IMG/VR virus record: IMGVR_UViG_3300033072_000306
Span: 25,451-89,450 of that record
From: a virus
Taxonomy: Duplodnaviria > Caudoviricetes
Reading direction: 5' to 3' (one strand)
Length of the DNA stretch: 64,000 bases
Shown: piece by piece, positions 1-8,151 of the stretch
Numbering within the stretch: the stretch's first letter is position 1
How the letters are laid out: every line of letters starts with the position of its first letter
Notes under the pieces: generated by a model
What the model was told of the DNA's origin: nothing
Seen by the model: the letters and a program-made list of their open reading frames with translations, nothing else
Databases searched by the model: none
Translations under genes and position numbers: made by a program

Positions 1-66
1 TGGTAATAAGATTCAACGACTACGTACTAAGATTTCTCAATTAAAGAAAATCTTAGTTTTAACAGT

Positions 67-95
67 TGACGAATGATTTAGTTTTTAGTATATTT
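67..95 (+). promoter_or_regulatory. sigma70-type promoter
   Basis: TTGACG-N17-TATATT upstream of the only convincing + strand gene. Confidence 0.7.
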
Positions 96-173
96 AGAGG
101 ACACCTAACAAGGGCATACTAACAAGTACACACCCTGACGGGTGTCCTTTTATTTCATTTGGAGAAACATTAA

Positions 174-398
174 ATGACAATCTTTCTAATTATTTTATGC
201 ATAGTCGTAGACGTTTTTATATTCATGAAGCTCAAAAAAGTTTTTAGAGTTCTTAAAGAAAAGGAAAAGCATGAAACACATATTTACGGAGAAGCTAAGC
301 TCACAACCTATATGGAGTTTGGCGCATTTTATGTATATTGCTCAAGTCTAATACTAATACCAATCACATTAATACAGGTTTATAAAATGATAAATTAA
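174..398 (+). CDS. small membrane protein (two hydrophobic segments), hypothetical
   Basis: GGAG RBS, own promoter, downstream terminator; hydrophobic N- and C-terminal stretches. Confidence 0.65.
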   Translation: MTIFLIILCIVVDVFIFMKLKKVFRVLKEKEKHETHIYGEAKLTTYMEFGAFYVYCSSLILIPITLIQVYKMIN

Positions 399-416
399 TA
401 AAAATCTCAGACAAAC

Positions 417-443
417 AAATGCCACCTTTACGGTGGCTTCTTT
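417..443. terminator. intrinsic terminator between convergent genes
   Basis: GCCACC-tttac-GGTGGC followed by TTCTTT and preceded by an A-rich run. Confidence 0.7.
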
Positions 444-512
444 ATGTCAATTAAAAAGGCGGTAGCAAGATTATTTGATTACTAGCATCATCTCCGCTGC
501 CATACATATTAA

Positions 513-884
513 TCATATTTTCTCTCGTATTTTAATTAAATCTTCAACTGTTTCCCATTTACGCGTGAAGTGTGCTAAACCATATTGATTTGGTAGATAT
601 TCAAGTTGAGCTGGTCTGTCATAAACGACTTCATAGTAACTTACCAAAACTTCGCCTTTTAATATAGTTAGCTTTCTTTCAAAACCATCTTCAACAAATA
701 GTTTATCATCATACCACTGACAAGATGCACTTAAAAGATTATCAGGGTTGTATGAACTTGCAGACTTTAAAGAATACGCTTTTGGGAATACTGTTTTAAT
801 TTCATCAATTTCCTCTTTAGAAAATTCTTTTGGAATAATCTTATCAAATAAGTTTTTATATCCTTCTAGTACTTCAAATCTCAT
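513..884 (-). CDS. hypothetical protein
   Basis: 123-aa ORF tiled with neighbours, phage-like codon usage. Confidence 0.7.
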   Translation of the reverse strand: MRFEVLEGYKNLFDKIIPKEFSKEEIDEIKTVFPKAYSLKSASSYNPDNLLSASCQWYDDKLFVEDGFERKLTILKGEVLVSYYEVVYDRPAQLEYLPNQYGLAHFTRKWETVEDLIKIREKI

Positions 885-1192
885 TACTTAAGCTCCTCTA
901 AAGTTTTTAATTCATATATCAATATCGTTTCAGACCTATCCAATTCAACATTCTCTTGGTTTGATATTGAACATTGTAATAGCATATCTTCGATCTGGCA
1001 CAGCTTACAATCAATTCTCATAGCTGCAATAGTATAACCACCACCGAATAATCCCAAAAGGTGTGCCCATAAACCTTCACCATCTTTCTCTAAAACAGCT
1101 TTACATTCCTCGTAATGCTTTTTAGCTTTAGTTAAATCTTCAATTAACTTTTCTTTACCAATAACAGTTTTCATATTCAAACTCTCCAACAA
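884..1192 (-). CDS. hypothetical protein
   Basis: 102-aa ORF overlapping both neighbours. Confidence 0.7.
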   Translation of the reverse strand: MLESLNMKTVIGKEKLIEDLTKAKKHYEECKAVLEKDGEGLWAHLLGLFGGGYTIAAMRIDCKLCQIEDMLLQCSISNQENVELDRSETILIYELKTLEELK

Positions 1193-1458
1193 AATTGTTT
1201 ATAGTGTATTCTATGTTTATACACGATCTCTCTTAACTCTTGTTCAACTTCAGTAATACTCATAGAATTATTACTAACACCAATATACTTAGTTAATACA
1301 TAGTCAACCTCATCACAAAAAGCATCGTATATCAAGCTATCAACAATATCCTTAGTGATATACTCAACAAAGTCATTATCAGCGTATACGGTGATCCCTG
1401 AGACATTAAATGATACATTCAAAGGGTATAACGTATAATCTTTTTCCATTCTTAACAT
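1177..1458 (-). CDS. hypothetical protein
   Basis: 93-aa ORF with AGAGG RBS. Confidence 0.7.
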   Translation of the reverse strand: MLRMEKDYTLYPLNVSFNVSGITVYADNDFVEYITKDIVDSLIYDAFCDEVDYVLTKYIGVSNNSMSITEVEQELREIVYKHRIHYKQFCWRV

Positions 1459-1490
1459 CCTCTTATATATTTATATATACCACCATGAAA

Positions 1491-1515
1491 TAGAAAAGCC
1501 CAAATTAAGGAGCTT
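1491..1515 (-). terminator. intrinsic terminator
   Basis: minus strand AAGCTC-loop-GGGCTT followed by TTCT. Confidence 0.5.
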
Positions 1516-1538
1516 AACTAATTAAGTTTAAAATTATA

Positions 1539-1802
1539 TTAAATGCTTTGGTATTGAACATCACCACATTTAAAACTTTTTAGTGTGTCTAAGTTAATTG
1601 TACGATAACCTTTAGCTGTAATATCATACACACATACAAGATTCTCTTTTTCCTCACGTACAAATCCATTGTTAACCAACCCCTTCTTAACACCTACACG
1701 AGCTGTCATCTTGCGTAGTGTTCCATCTTTCTTAACGAAGAAACAAGTAAAGAATTTACCATTAGTGTTCTTGATCATAGATTTTAAAAGATTGTTGTTC
1801 AT
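1539..1802 (-). CDS. SH3/Sm-like beta-barrel protein (WYL_2/DUF2693-like)
   Basis: FVKKDGTLRKM...VYDITAKGYRTINL matches the F.KKDG..R.M / vyD.e..gwRs pattern of the family (recalled, not searched). Confidence 0.6.
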   Translation of the reverse strand: MNNNLLKSMIKNTNGKFFTCFFVKKDGTLRKMTARVGVKKGLVNNGFVREEKENLVCVYDITAKGYRTINLDTLKSFKCGDVQYQSI

Positions 1803-1814
1803 TGAAAACTCTCC

Positions 1815-2051
1815 TTATGTCATATCTTTTAGTAATAAGTTAGTGAAATCTGATAGTGTTAGAACATTACCTTTTTCAGCATCTACTACTCGGTTAATAA
1901 AACAACCTAAGCCTAAGTACACTTCTACGTATACTGTTTGTAGATCGTTGTTCCAACATGTTTTTTGTAAACCAAGTTTAACCAATGTTTGAACAACTTC
2001 ACATTCAGGTTGTTCTTTATTAATCTCAATTTGAACGGGTTTTTTAATCAT
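1815..2051 (-). CDS. hypothetical protein
   Basis: 78-aa tiled ORF. Confidence 0.65.
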   Translation of the reverse strand: MIKKPVQIEINKEQPECEVVQTLVKLGLQKTCWNNDLQTVYVEVYLGLGCFINRVVDAEKGNVLTLSDFTNLLLKDMT

Positions 2052-2287
2052 TACAAACTCTCCTGTAAATAAGAAATATACCCATCGATCACTTTCAACA
2101 TCTTTGGTGAGGTTTTAACAAGTTCTTTATCAAAACATGCTATCACTCTCAATGATTCTAATTTATCAAATACATCTGAATCTGTCAACTCTGAATCCTC
2201 AAGATACTCATGTATTTTATTAAATATTGTTGAAAGTTTTAAATCAATTCGTTGATTATTCTCTGAAAGAATTTCTGAGATTTTCAT
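2051..2287 (-). CDS. hypothetical protein
   Basis: 78-aa tiled ORF with GGAG RBS. Confidence 0.65.
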   Translation of the reverse strand: MKISEILSENNQRIDLKLSTIFNKIHEYLEDSELTDSDVFDKLESLRVIACFDKELVKTSPKMLKVIDGYISYLQESL

Positions 2288-2303
2288 TTAGTTTCTTCTC
2301 CTT

Positions 2304-2507
2304 TTAATTACTATTAAGTATTAAATTCTTTAACTCTTCATAACTCTGTTTTGTGTGGGTACAGTTTTCATAATTACTACCACTTGAATTAAAAGAAATA
2401 TGACCAGTATCGTCAGACTTATATCTACCGACATTAACAATCTGATCAACATTCACAAGTGTTTTTGAATCAGTGTTGGCAACGTCAACCTCAATAAACT
2501 TACTCAT
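2304..2507 (-). CDS. hypothetical protein
   Basis: 67-aa tiled ORF. Confidence 0.65.
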   Translation of the reverse strand: MSKFIEVDVANTDSKTLVNVDQIVNVGRYKSDDTGHISFNSSGSNYENCTHTKQSYEELKNLILNSN

Positions 2508-2724
2508 AAATCTCTACCTCACTAAATTTAAAATAAGTCTCAAACTGATAAGAGTATAACCACTCATCACCAACACTATCAAACACTTTCTTAGTGAATA
2601 TACTTTCTTCTGTGAAGTAATGTGATCTAGGATTTACAATCTCACCAATAAAATAGTCATCAAAGATAATTTCTTCATTAAGAAACACTTTCACGGGTTT
2701 ACCATATTCGTTATAAGCTGTCAT
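2500..2724 (-). CDS. hypothetical protein
   Basis: 74-aa ORF with GAGGT RBS. Confidence 0.65.
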   Translation of the reverse strand: MTAYNEYGKPVKVFLNEEIIFDDYFIGEIVNPRSHYFTEESIFTKKVFDSVGDEWLYSYQFETYFKFSEVEIYE

Positions 2725-2743
2725 ATTACACCTCTAAAGTTTA

Positions 2744-3070
2744 TTAATTGAATGTATCGTACATCTCTTCTGGTGACATCTCTTTCATTTCTTCAAGGAC
2801 AATCTTTTTCAAACTTACTAAAACATCTTCAGCAAGAGTTGTTTCAACACCTTCAGAATCTTCTAAGTAAGTTAAGTATAGGTGGGCATCAAACTCATAA
2901 CCAAAAGCTTTCTCAACACCAAACTCGTGAGCAAAAGATTCATCGATCATTTCCAGAGTGTGACTACCGATTGATAGAGTAGCAAAGTGCTCAACACCAT
3001 TAAGGTCAAAATACACATTGATTGCATCTTCGTTAAAATCACCAATTGCAACATTAGTTAAAGTTTTCAT
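2744..3070 (-). CDS. hypothetical acidic protein
   Basis: 108-aa ORF directly downstream of a promoter, AGG RBS. Confidence 0.7.
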   Translation of the reverse strand: MKTLTNVAIGDFNEDAINVYFDLNGVEHFATLSIGSHTLEMIDESFAHEFGVEKAFGYEFDAHLYLTYLEDSEGVETTLAEDVLVSLKKIVLEEMKEMSPEEMYDTFN

Positions 3071-3117
3071 ATCTATATCCTACCTGTTAAGGGTTTGTTT
3101 CGTTTGTCTATGAAGCT

Positions 3118-3146
3118 AATATATCAAACAAATAAAAAGGAAGCAA
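3118..3146 (-). promoter_or_regulatory. sigma70-type promoter overlapping a terminator
   Basis: TTGCTT(3146-3141)-N17-TATATT(3123-3118). Confidence 0.7.
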
Positions 3147-3167
3147 CCCATTAGAGTCACTTCCTTT
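3131..3167 (-). terminator. intrinsic terminator
   Basis: AAAGGAAG...CTTCCTTT stem then T-run on minus strand. Confidence 0.65.
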
Positions 3168-3183
3168 AAAATATTTCTCGCAA

Positions 3184-3402
3184 TCACATTTCATTTAGTT
3201 CGACTAATGTTACTAGAGGATACTCCTCCATCCAATCGTGATCTTCCATGTAATCAGAAAACTCTCCTGACGATTCGGCTACGATATAGCCATAACCATA
3301 CCAACTCATTAGACAACTTTCATAGCCCATGTCACTTAACCGATCAACTATGTCATAAGTATTTTGCTCTGCTGTGACAGCTATTTTTATACTATTTTTC
3401 AT
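3184..3402 (-). CDS. hypothetical protein
   Basis: 72-aa acidic ORF with AAGGA RBS. Confidence 0.65.
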   Translation of the reverse strand: MKNSIKIAVTAEQNTYDIVDRLSDMGYESCLMSWYGYGYIVAESSGEFSDYMEDHDWMEEYPLVTLVELNEM

Positions 3403-3433
3403 ATAATCCTTTAAAATATTTAATTAATTTTGT

Positions 3434-3976
3434 TTAGAGCGGGATAGCTTGTTTACGAATCCACTTAGTAAAACGATATGTAAGTGTTTCTCCTAGAGGG
3501 TTTGTATGATCCATCCAATTTGTATGTTCAAACATTGTGAAATCCTCTTTAGGAATCTTATACCAAGTATCACAATTATCAACATCATTAGCAACCTCAG
3601 TAATCCAAAGTTCATCTGTGATATCAAATGTTGAACGATAAAGTTGAGAACCACCACCTACTAAGATTTTATCTGTTTTAAGTTGGTCTGATTGCCACCT
3701 CGAACATGACATAGCTAATTGCAAACTCATAGATTTTAATGCGTGCTTTGTTGATGGCTCTTTATATGAATCACTAACACAAAAAACAGCCCTACGATCT
3801 AATGGCTTAGGTAAACTCTCAACAGTGACACGCCCCATCAATAAGACATGTCCTAAAGTTTGTTCTCTAAAGAATTTCATATCTGGGGGTAGGTTGAATA
3901 ATAGTTTATTATCATATCCAATCTCACCATTCTTTCCAGTACATACGATGTGAATAACTTTCTTATCTTTATACAT
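3434..3976 (-). CDS. frd: dihydrofolate reductase
   Basis: IG.DNKL.F.LP.DMKFF, LMGRVT.ESLP.PL..R, GGSQLY, LWIT.V, DT motifs. Confidence 0.93.
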   Translation of the reverse strand: MYKDKKVIHIVCTGKNGEIGYDNKLLFNLPPDMKFFREQTLGHVLLMGRVTVESLPKPLDRRAVFCVSDSYKEPSTKHALKSMSLQLAMSCSRWQSDQLKTDKILVGGGSQLYRSTFDITDELWITEVANDVDNCDTWYKIPKEDFTMFEHTNWMDHTNPLGETLTYRFTKWIRKQAIPL

Positions 3977-4173
3977 TAGTATAGCTCCGACTCAACAACA
4001 TCATAAAGAATATTATCTTGTTTGTTTGCATTGTTCAAGTGCTCGCATTCAATATTAGCGTCTTGCTTATTTCCATAAGCTTGATGGATTTCTGTTTCAG
4101 TAACAAACTCTGTATCGCCACACATTCCAAATACTTCAACATCTGTATATTGAACAACAATATAAATTTTCAT
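3976..4173 (-). CDS. hypothetical protein
   Basis: 65-aa ORF coupled to DHFR start. Confidence 0.65.
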   Translation of the reverse strand: MKIYIVVQYTDVEVFGMCGDTEFVTETEIHQAYGNKQDANIECEHLNNANKQDNILYDVVESELY

Positions 4174-4278
4174 GTTTATACATCCTATTTTAATTTAAAA
4201 GGGTTTTAAAAACTTTAGGTATTCTTTGTTACTTTCCACTCTGCATCTCCAAATTAGGTAAAACACTTTAGTATGGAC

Positions 4279-4307
4279 ATAATAAAACACCTACCAACTT
4301 TCGTCAA
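4279..4307 (-). promoter_or_regulatory. sigma70-type promoter embedded in the thyA terminator
   Basis: TTGACG(4307-4302)-N17-TATTAT(4284-4279). Confidence 0.65.
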
Positions 4308-4315
4308 TAGGTGTT
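4281..4315 (-). terminator. intrinsic terminator after thyA
   Basis: AACACCTA...TAGGTGTT 8-bp stem followed by TTATT. Confidence 0.7.
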
Positions 4316-4321
4316 GTTAAA

Positions 4322-5209
4322 TTATTTAGCTACAGGAATAGAAATCTTATCACCAGAAACATAGTTTAAAATCTCAATGTCAGACCACTCGTAAGAATAT
4401 AAATCCTTAGCTTTGTTAATCTCGATTTGAGGAAAATCGTAAATTGGTCGAGTAAGGATTTCTTTAGCCATTTCTAATTGATCAGAATAAAGGTGAACAT
4501 CTCCAAATGTAATAATAAATTCACCAACTTCAAGATCACATTGTTGAGCCATTAAGTGTGTTAGTAAACTGTAAAACACGATGTTTAGAGGATTCCCAAC
4601 CACAAAATCCCCACTGCGTTGATACAATTGGCAACTTAGCTTACCATCTTCTACAAAGAATTGGAATAAAGTGTGACAACATGGAAGAACTGCGTTAGGA
4701 ATATCGTTAGGATTCCAACCTGAAACAATTAATCGAGAACTACTGGAGTTAACTTTAATTTCATTAAGAAGCCATTCGATTTGGTCAAAACCTTTTTGAA
4801 CTTTGATTCGGTTGTAGTAATCGTATCCACCAAGACCATGCCCCTCGTACTCTGAATACCAAGTTTCTCCAAATCTGCGCCATTGATATCCATAAATTTT
4901 GCCAAGCTCAGTAGGGTTATTTGGATCAATTTGCCCTTCCCATAAATCCCAGATGTGTACATTCTTATCTTTAAGGATTTGATTATCAGTTTGCCCGCGA
5001 AGCATCCACATTAATTCCTCAAAAGCTCCTCGAACAAAAACTTTTTTATGAGTCATTAAAGGAAATGATTCCTCTAGATTAAAGCGTAGTTGTCGTCCAA
5101 ATAAAGAACATCGCTTATGCCCATCACGAACATCACGAAAGCCTTTTGATTCAGCCTTATCAACCAACTCTTTAAGGATTTCTAAATACCCTTGTTCGCC
5201 TTTCAACAT
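4322..5209 (-). CDS. thyA: thymidylate synthase
   Basis: EELMWMLRG, GKIYGYQWR, SRLIVSGWNP, LPCCH (catalytic Cys), QLYQRSGD, GDVHLY. Confidence 0.97.
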   Translation of the reverse strand: MLKGEQGYLEILKELVDKAESKGFRDVRDGHKRCSLFGRQLRFNLEESFPLMTHKKVFVRGAFEELMWMLRGQTDNQILKDKNVHIWDLWEGQIDPNNPTELGKIYGYQWRRFGETWYSEYEGHGLGGYDYYNRIKVQKGFDQIEWLLNEIKVNSSSSRLIVSGWNPNDIPNAVLPCCHTLFQFFVEDGKLSCQLYQRSGDFVVGNPLNIVFYSLLTHLMAQQCDLEVGEFIITFGDVHLYSDQLEMAKEILTRPIYDFPQIEINKAKDLYSYEWSDIEILNYVSGDKISIPVAK

Positions 5210-5406
5210 TACAAATTCTCCTTACGAACCTTCTCTTTAAATGAAACAACACTATAGTAAGAACGTCTATGCTTTAAACTATCACAATAACTCTCAGCCT
5301 CCTGAAGAGAATTGCACTCATAGTATTCAGACTCTTGGTAAGAGTACGGGTAATCCATATCAGTATGTTGAATTTCCGCAATATATTTTACAGTATTATT
5401 AGACAC
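5209..5406 (-). CDS. hypothetical protein
   Basis: 65-aa ORF, GTG start with GGAG RBS. Confidence 0.6.
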   Translation of the reverse strand: MSNNTVKYIAEIQHTDMDYPYSYQESEYYECNSLQEAESYCDSLKHRRSYYSVVSFKEKVRKENL

Positions 5407-5559
5407 TCAATTTTCTCCAACAACATCAAAAGGAATATTATTCTTTAATACAGAAACAATAACCATAACTTCTTCATCAGAAATACTTGCACCATCATTA
5501 AAGTAGTACATAGACTCTTTAGCAAACTCTACAAGCTCCCCCCACCGTTGTTCATTCAT
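5407..5559 (-). CDS. hypothetical protein (50 aa, below the ORF-track cutoff)
   Basis: TAAGGAG RBS; MNEQRWGELVEFAKESMYYF...VVGEN*; fills the gap exactly. Confidence 0.65.
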   Translation of the reverse strand: MNEQRWGELVEFAKESMYYFNDGASISDEEVMVIVSVLKNNIPFDVVGEN

Positions 5560-5779
5560 AACAAAACTCCTTATTTAAGCTATAATACAAGCTATCCTGA
5601 ACACTTTCACTATCACCTGATACAACCATACCAGACACATCATAATCACGCTGTAAGCGCTTATTTCGAGCTTCTACAGCACCTTTCTTAATACGTTTCT
5701 TGGCTTGCTCATATTCATAATCATTTTTGAATTGATTAGCTAATAATTTCTTCACGTTAAAACTCCACACCATATTCAT
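5552..5779 (-). CDS. hypothetical basic protein
   Basis: 75-aa tiled ORF. Confidence 0.6.
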   Translation of the reverse strand: MNMVWSFNVKKLLANQFKNDYEYEQAKKRIKKGAVEARNKRLQRDYDVSGMVVSGDSESVQDSLYYSLNKEFCYE

Positions 5780-6161
5780 TTAGTAAATCTTTATTAACAA
5801 CTATTGTTTTAATGTGCTTCCCAGCTTGATAGAAAGTTGGTTGCAATGCGTTTTCATCAAACCATTTCTCAAGCAATAGGTTTAGTGATTTAATTTTTTC
5901 ATCATCAAATTCAACATCACTCAAGTAGTCTTCAGACCATTCAGAATGTTCTTCGTATGCCCTACCTTGCATCTCATTGATCAAGTCTTTAGCATTCAGG
6001 AAGTTATTATGTGTTGGTTTGATTTTCTCACACACATTGATACCCCAACCAATTGCATCTTCTTCATCGTTTGCAACATTTCCTACAAACTCTACAGCAT
6101 CCTGTATGTTATCATAAGCACACTCATCAGTCGGGCAGTAAACCAATTCTTTAATATTCAT
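5757..6161 (-). CDS. hypothetical protein
   Basis: 134-aa acidic ORF, ATGA coupling. Confidence 0.7.
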   Translation of the reverse strand: MNIKELVYCPTDECAYDNIQDAVEFVGNVANDEEDAIGWGINVCEKIKPTHNNFLNAKDLINEMQGRAYEEHSEWSEDYLSDVEFDDEKIKSLNLLLEKWFDENALQPTFYQAGKHIKTIVVNKDLLNEYGVEF

Positions 6162-6355
6162 TTCACTTTATCTCCACTAAAGATACTAGATACACTAACA
6201 TTATTAACATCCATAGTCCACACTTGATCATTAAAATCTTCTACAGAGATAATTTCATCACCATTAATAAAAGTGACAACACCTTTAACATCATTTCCAG
6301 TAAATCCATGTTCTTTGAATGTTACTACAGAGTATAATGATACTTCATTTATCAT
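6158..6355 (-). CDS. hypothetical protein
   Basis: 65-aa tiled ORF. Confidence 0.6.
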   Translation of the reverse strand: MINEVSLYSVVTFKEHGFTGNDVKGVVTFINGDEIISVEDFNDQVWTMDVNNVSVSSIFSGDKVK

Positions 6356-6743
6356 TGATTAAATACTCCAAGTCTGATTTTAGAAGTTTCTTTTGGTTGT
6401 ACTTCTTATTTGAGCAACCCAATTGTTCAATACCAAGCACATCACTAGAGGAGGAAATATGCTCTTTCTCTGATAAGACATAACAGTAATAGTCTTTAAT
6501 CTCATGTAGATCACTTACACCAAAGAAATCTAAAGTTTGTCGAATTAATTCACAACCATAAGCACTGCCGACACGATGTTTACGGGCTTCATCCCAACTA
6601 TCCAAAACATTTCCAAAGATGTTTAAGCAACCGCCTTGTTCAAGTGATACAAACACGTTTACAGTTAATATCTTACGGTCTTGATAGCCTAAAGATGCTT
6701 CTGTAACCTTACATAAATGTTTAAACATATTAAATACTCTCAC
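6345..6743 (-). CDS. hypothetical protein
   Basis: 132-aa tiled ORF. Confidence 0.7.
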   Translation of the reverse strand: MRVFNMFKHLCKVTEASLGYQDRKILTVNVFVSLEQGGCLNIFGNVLDSWDEARKHRVGSAYGCELIRQTLDFFGVSDLHEIKDYYCYVLSEKEHISSSSDVLGIEQLGCSNKKYNQKKLLKSDLEYLINDK

Positions 6744-6939
6744 CTAAAAATTCTAATTCATCATAGTTGAATAGCTCAGAAAATCCGACAAATTGAACTT
6801 CAACTGGAAACTTATCACTACCATCATCAGAGATTACAAAACCTACGATACCATCAACAACACCGTTACGATATTCTGTTGAACCATCTCGCTTAGTCAA
6901 TATTCTAACCTTATCACCAAACTCATATTTAGTTTTCAT
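6730..6939 (-). CDS. hypothetical protein, possible SH3/KOW-like fold
   Basis: KYEFGDKVRI...G.VG.V...VEVQF pattern. Confidence 0.6.
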   Translation of the reverse strand: MKTKYEFGDKVRILTKRDGSTEYRNGVVDGIVGFVISDDGSDKFPVEVQFVGFSELFNYDELEFLGESI

Positions 6940-7178
6940 TCACTGTACTCACTCTCAATAATATCACAAACATATGAAAAGACCTCGTAGCTGTCGTTAC
7001 TTTCATAATAGTACAGAGGAAGAACAAGTTTTGAAAACTCACTCTCAAGGAATTGTCCGAATCTTTGAGCTTTGTTTGTTTGATTCCACAAAATAAGTTT
7101 CATGTTTAAACCAAGATAAGCTTTGTAACTGTCACTATAAATATCTTTAAAAATATAATCTGACATAATAATTTCCAC
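6936..7178 (-). CDS. hypothetical protein
   Basis: 80-aa ORF with GAGGT RBS. Confidence 0.65.
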   Translation of the reverse strand: MEIIMSDYIFKDIYSDSYKAYLGLNMKLILWNQTNKAQRFGQFLESEFSKLVLPLYYYESNDSYEVFSYVCDIIESEYSE

Positions 7179-7184
7179 CTCACA

Positions 7185-7216
7185 AAATAAAAGGATACAT
7201 CCAGAAGGACATATCC
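7185..7216 (-). terminator. intrinsic terminator
   Basis: GGATATGTCC-ttct-GGATGTATCC followed by TTTTATTT. Confidence 0.7.
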
Positions 7217-7218
7217 GT

Positions 7219-7247
7219 AATATAATTAAAAATTAAACTTTAGTCAA
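7219..7247 (-). promoter_or_regulatory. sigma70-type promoter
   Basis: TTGACT(7247-7242)-N17-TATATT(7224-7219). Confidence 0.7.
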
Positions 7248-7288
7248 CACATTTTAGAAAATTATTTATGTGTTGGTTAAATATTGTT

Positions 7289-7513
7289 TCAAGTATTGTT
7301 TAAATACTCTTTTAAGTCTTGTAGAGTACCAATGTATTCATCATCTTTAGTGATTAAAGGGAAGCTACGATGCCCCTCTTTAATACTCATAAACTCAGAC
7401 AATTGGTAGTCTTTACCCAACGAAAGGTATTCATAAGAAACACCTTTAGATTCACATAAAGCTTTCGCTTGATCACACGAACTACATCCTTGTTTTCCGT
7501 AAATTTTAATCAT
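7289..7513 (-). CDS. glutaredoxin (RNR electron donor)
   Basis: IYGKQGCSSC (CxxC), SFPLI, YIG; adjacent to nrdAB. Confidence 0.9.
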   Translation of the reverse strand: MIKIYGKQGCSSCDQAKALCESKGVSYEYLSLGKDYQLSEFMSIKEGHRSFPLITKDDEYIGTLQDLKEYLNNT

Positions 7514-7536
7514 TTAACTCTTTAACTCCTATTAAT

Positions 7537-8097
7537 TTAATCTGTTATTTTAACTTCGTAATTCATCAAAGCATTATAAACTCTGAAATCTATTTGTTCA
7601 CGATACTTCTCAGCAAGACATTTAAGATATTTCTCTTTATCTTCTTTGTACGCATAAAAAGCTTCTATCTCGGTATCAAATAAGCCAGTATATCCTCTGT
7701 GCCTTGCTCTAAACTTGTTACTATTTTTGTGAAAATCAACACCTATTGCAAAGTTCCCACGAGCTGCTTTACTTGTAGTTAACGCAACGTTTATATCTCT
7801 CGGAACAAAACAGCAAGTGTCTTTGCTGTATATTTTTTCATCTCCACTGAGTATATCCTTGTCTAGTGCGAAGTTATCGCAATTGTAACCAATCCTCCCA
7901 ACAACATCTTCGTAGAAATTAGAGTAATCTAACCAATCCTCAGATACTTTCACGCCCGAATACTCTACACGTCCTCGCTCTCTTGTGTACCAACACCGCT
8001 TAACCATACCCCTCCAGATTTCATAAGCTGGAACTCTAATGTGGTTAATCTTTGTTGGAAACTTGCCACTATTAGTAGCTAACACACCTTTAAACAT
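7537..8097 (-). CDS. free-standing HNH-type homing endonuclease with AP2-like C-terminus
   Basis: YEIWRGMVKRC, EDWLDYSNFY, LDKDIL, YSKDTCCFVP..IN, GV.FHK..NKFRA, GLFDTEIEAFYAY. Confidence 0.8.
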   Translation of the reverse strand: MFKGVLATNSGKFPTKINHIRVPAYEIWRGMVKRCWYTRERGRVEYSGVKVSEDWLDYSNFYEDVVGRIGYNCDNFALDKDILSGDEKIYSKDTCCFVPRDINVALTTSKAARGNFAIGVDFHKNSNKFRARHRGYTGLFDTEIEAFYAYKEDKEKYLKCLAEKYREQIDFRVYNALMNYEVKITD

Positions 8098-8151
8098 ATA
8101 CCCCTCATAAGTGAGAAAGACACCAACAGATGTCTAACTCAAGTAAATAAA

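Noticed and set aside
5538-5543. G6 tract as a phase-variable or frameshift site
   Set aside because: The 5407-5559 ORF reads through the tract in a single frame (153 nt), so no slip is needed.
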